Source: Promethearchaeota archaeon (lineage in GTDB: Archaea; Asgardarchaeota; Lokiarchaeia; Sigyniarchaeales; SOKP01). From it: 50,681 bases of DNA. A model generated the notes under the pieces. That model saw only the letters and a list, made by a program, of their open reading frames with translations. It did not search any database and was not told the DNA's origin. A program made the translations under genes and the position numbers. Location: assembly GCA_048940445.1 (NCBI GenBank), contig JBHLON010000026.1, positions 1-50,681 on the forward strand, given 5' to 3'. Shown piece by piece: positions 50,234 to 50,681 of the stretch (its first letter is position 1; each line of letters begins with the position of its first letter).

Positions 50234-50681
50234 ATGGAAAATGATATTGATGCGAAATTTGATGAAGCAGTTAAAAAATTTGCAGAGTTGCTTCCAAAAG
50301 CAGATCCAACTCAAGGTGGCTGCGCAGAGGGAACATTAGCAAGTATCTTAAGTGTTCTAGGGATTGAGGATATCATGGTCAATAACGTGATGCTTCCCTT
50401 ATCGGGGGGATTGGGCGGCTACAAATCAGAAAAAGGGTGGTCTGGACCTTGTGGAGCGGTAATCGGTGGATGTGCTGCAGTGGGAGCAATAATAGGTGGA
50501 AAAGAAGGAAAGAAAATTCCGTCTGAATTAATTCTTCCTGCACTTATGAAATCGAGTCAGTTTGCTAAAGAATTTGAGAAAGAATTTGGTTCAGTAGTGT
50601 GTCAAGATTTATCGGGGTATGATTTCAGCGACCCTAATGCCATTACTAAGTATTTTGAAAATAATGTGTGGGGAACAACAT
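50234..50681 (+). CDS. C_GCAxxG_C_C family putative redox protein (runs off window end)
   Basis: Manual translation ...GGCAEG...LSGGLG...GPCGAVIGG...FEKEFGSVVCQDL. Confidence 0.88.
   Translation, partial: MENDIDAKFDEAVKKFAELLPKADPTQGGCAEGTLASILSVLGIEDIMVNNVMLPLSGGLGGYKSEKGWSGPCGAVIGGCAAVGAIIGGKEGKKIPSELILPALMKSSQFAKEFEKEFGSVVCQDLSGYDFSDPNAITKYFENNVWGTT

Noticed and set aside
1-50681. rRNA, tRNA, IS elements, integrases, DGR or defence systems
   Set aside because: No GC-rich structured RNA segments, and no transposase, integrase, reverse transcriptase or nuclease motifs were recognised by eye.

Overview
AT-rich archaeal DNA, most likely from a Lokiarchaeia (Asgard) genome. This is inferred from a Roadblock/LC7 gene, Loki-CTERM-like anchored surface proteins, TATA boxes, oligo-T terminators and GGTG/GGAGG Shine-Dalgarno motifs. 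It is an accessory region of about 55 small metabolic, redox, transport, regulatory and surface-protein genes with many paralog pairs. I saw no rRNA, tRNA, CRISPR array or transposase. Main finding: the ORF called 27291..27647 appears to read through two adjacent in-frame TGA codons to a TAA at 27764, and a eukaryote/Loki-type SECIS-like hairpin (AUGA...AAA loop...GA) begins 15 nt after that TAA. It is a candidate new beta-grasp-like selenoprotein with a vicinal Sec-Sec motif. Other observations: an uncalled 56-aa Cys/His mini-protein heading an ABC operon, several palindromic operators, several genes that seem to need ACG/ATT starts, a ferredoxin gene remnant in frame with an upstream amber stop, and an exact-length duplicated ABC module.
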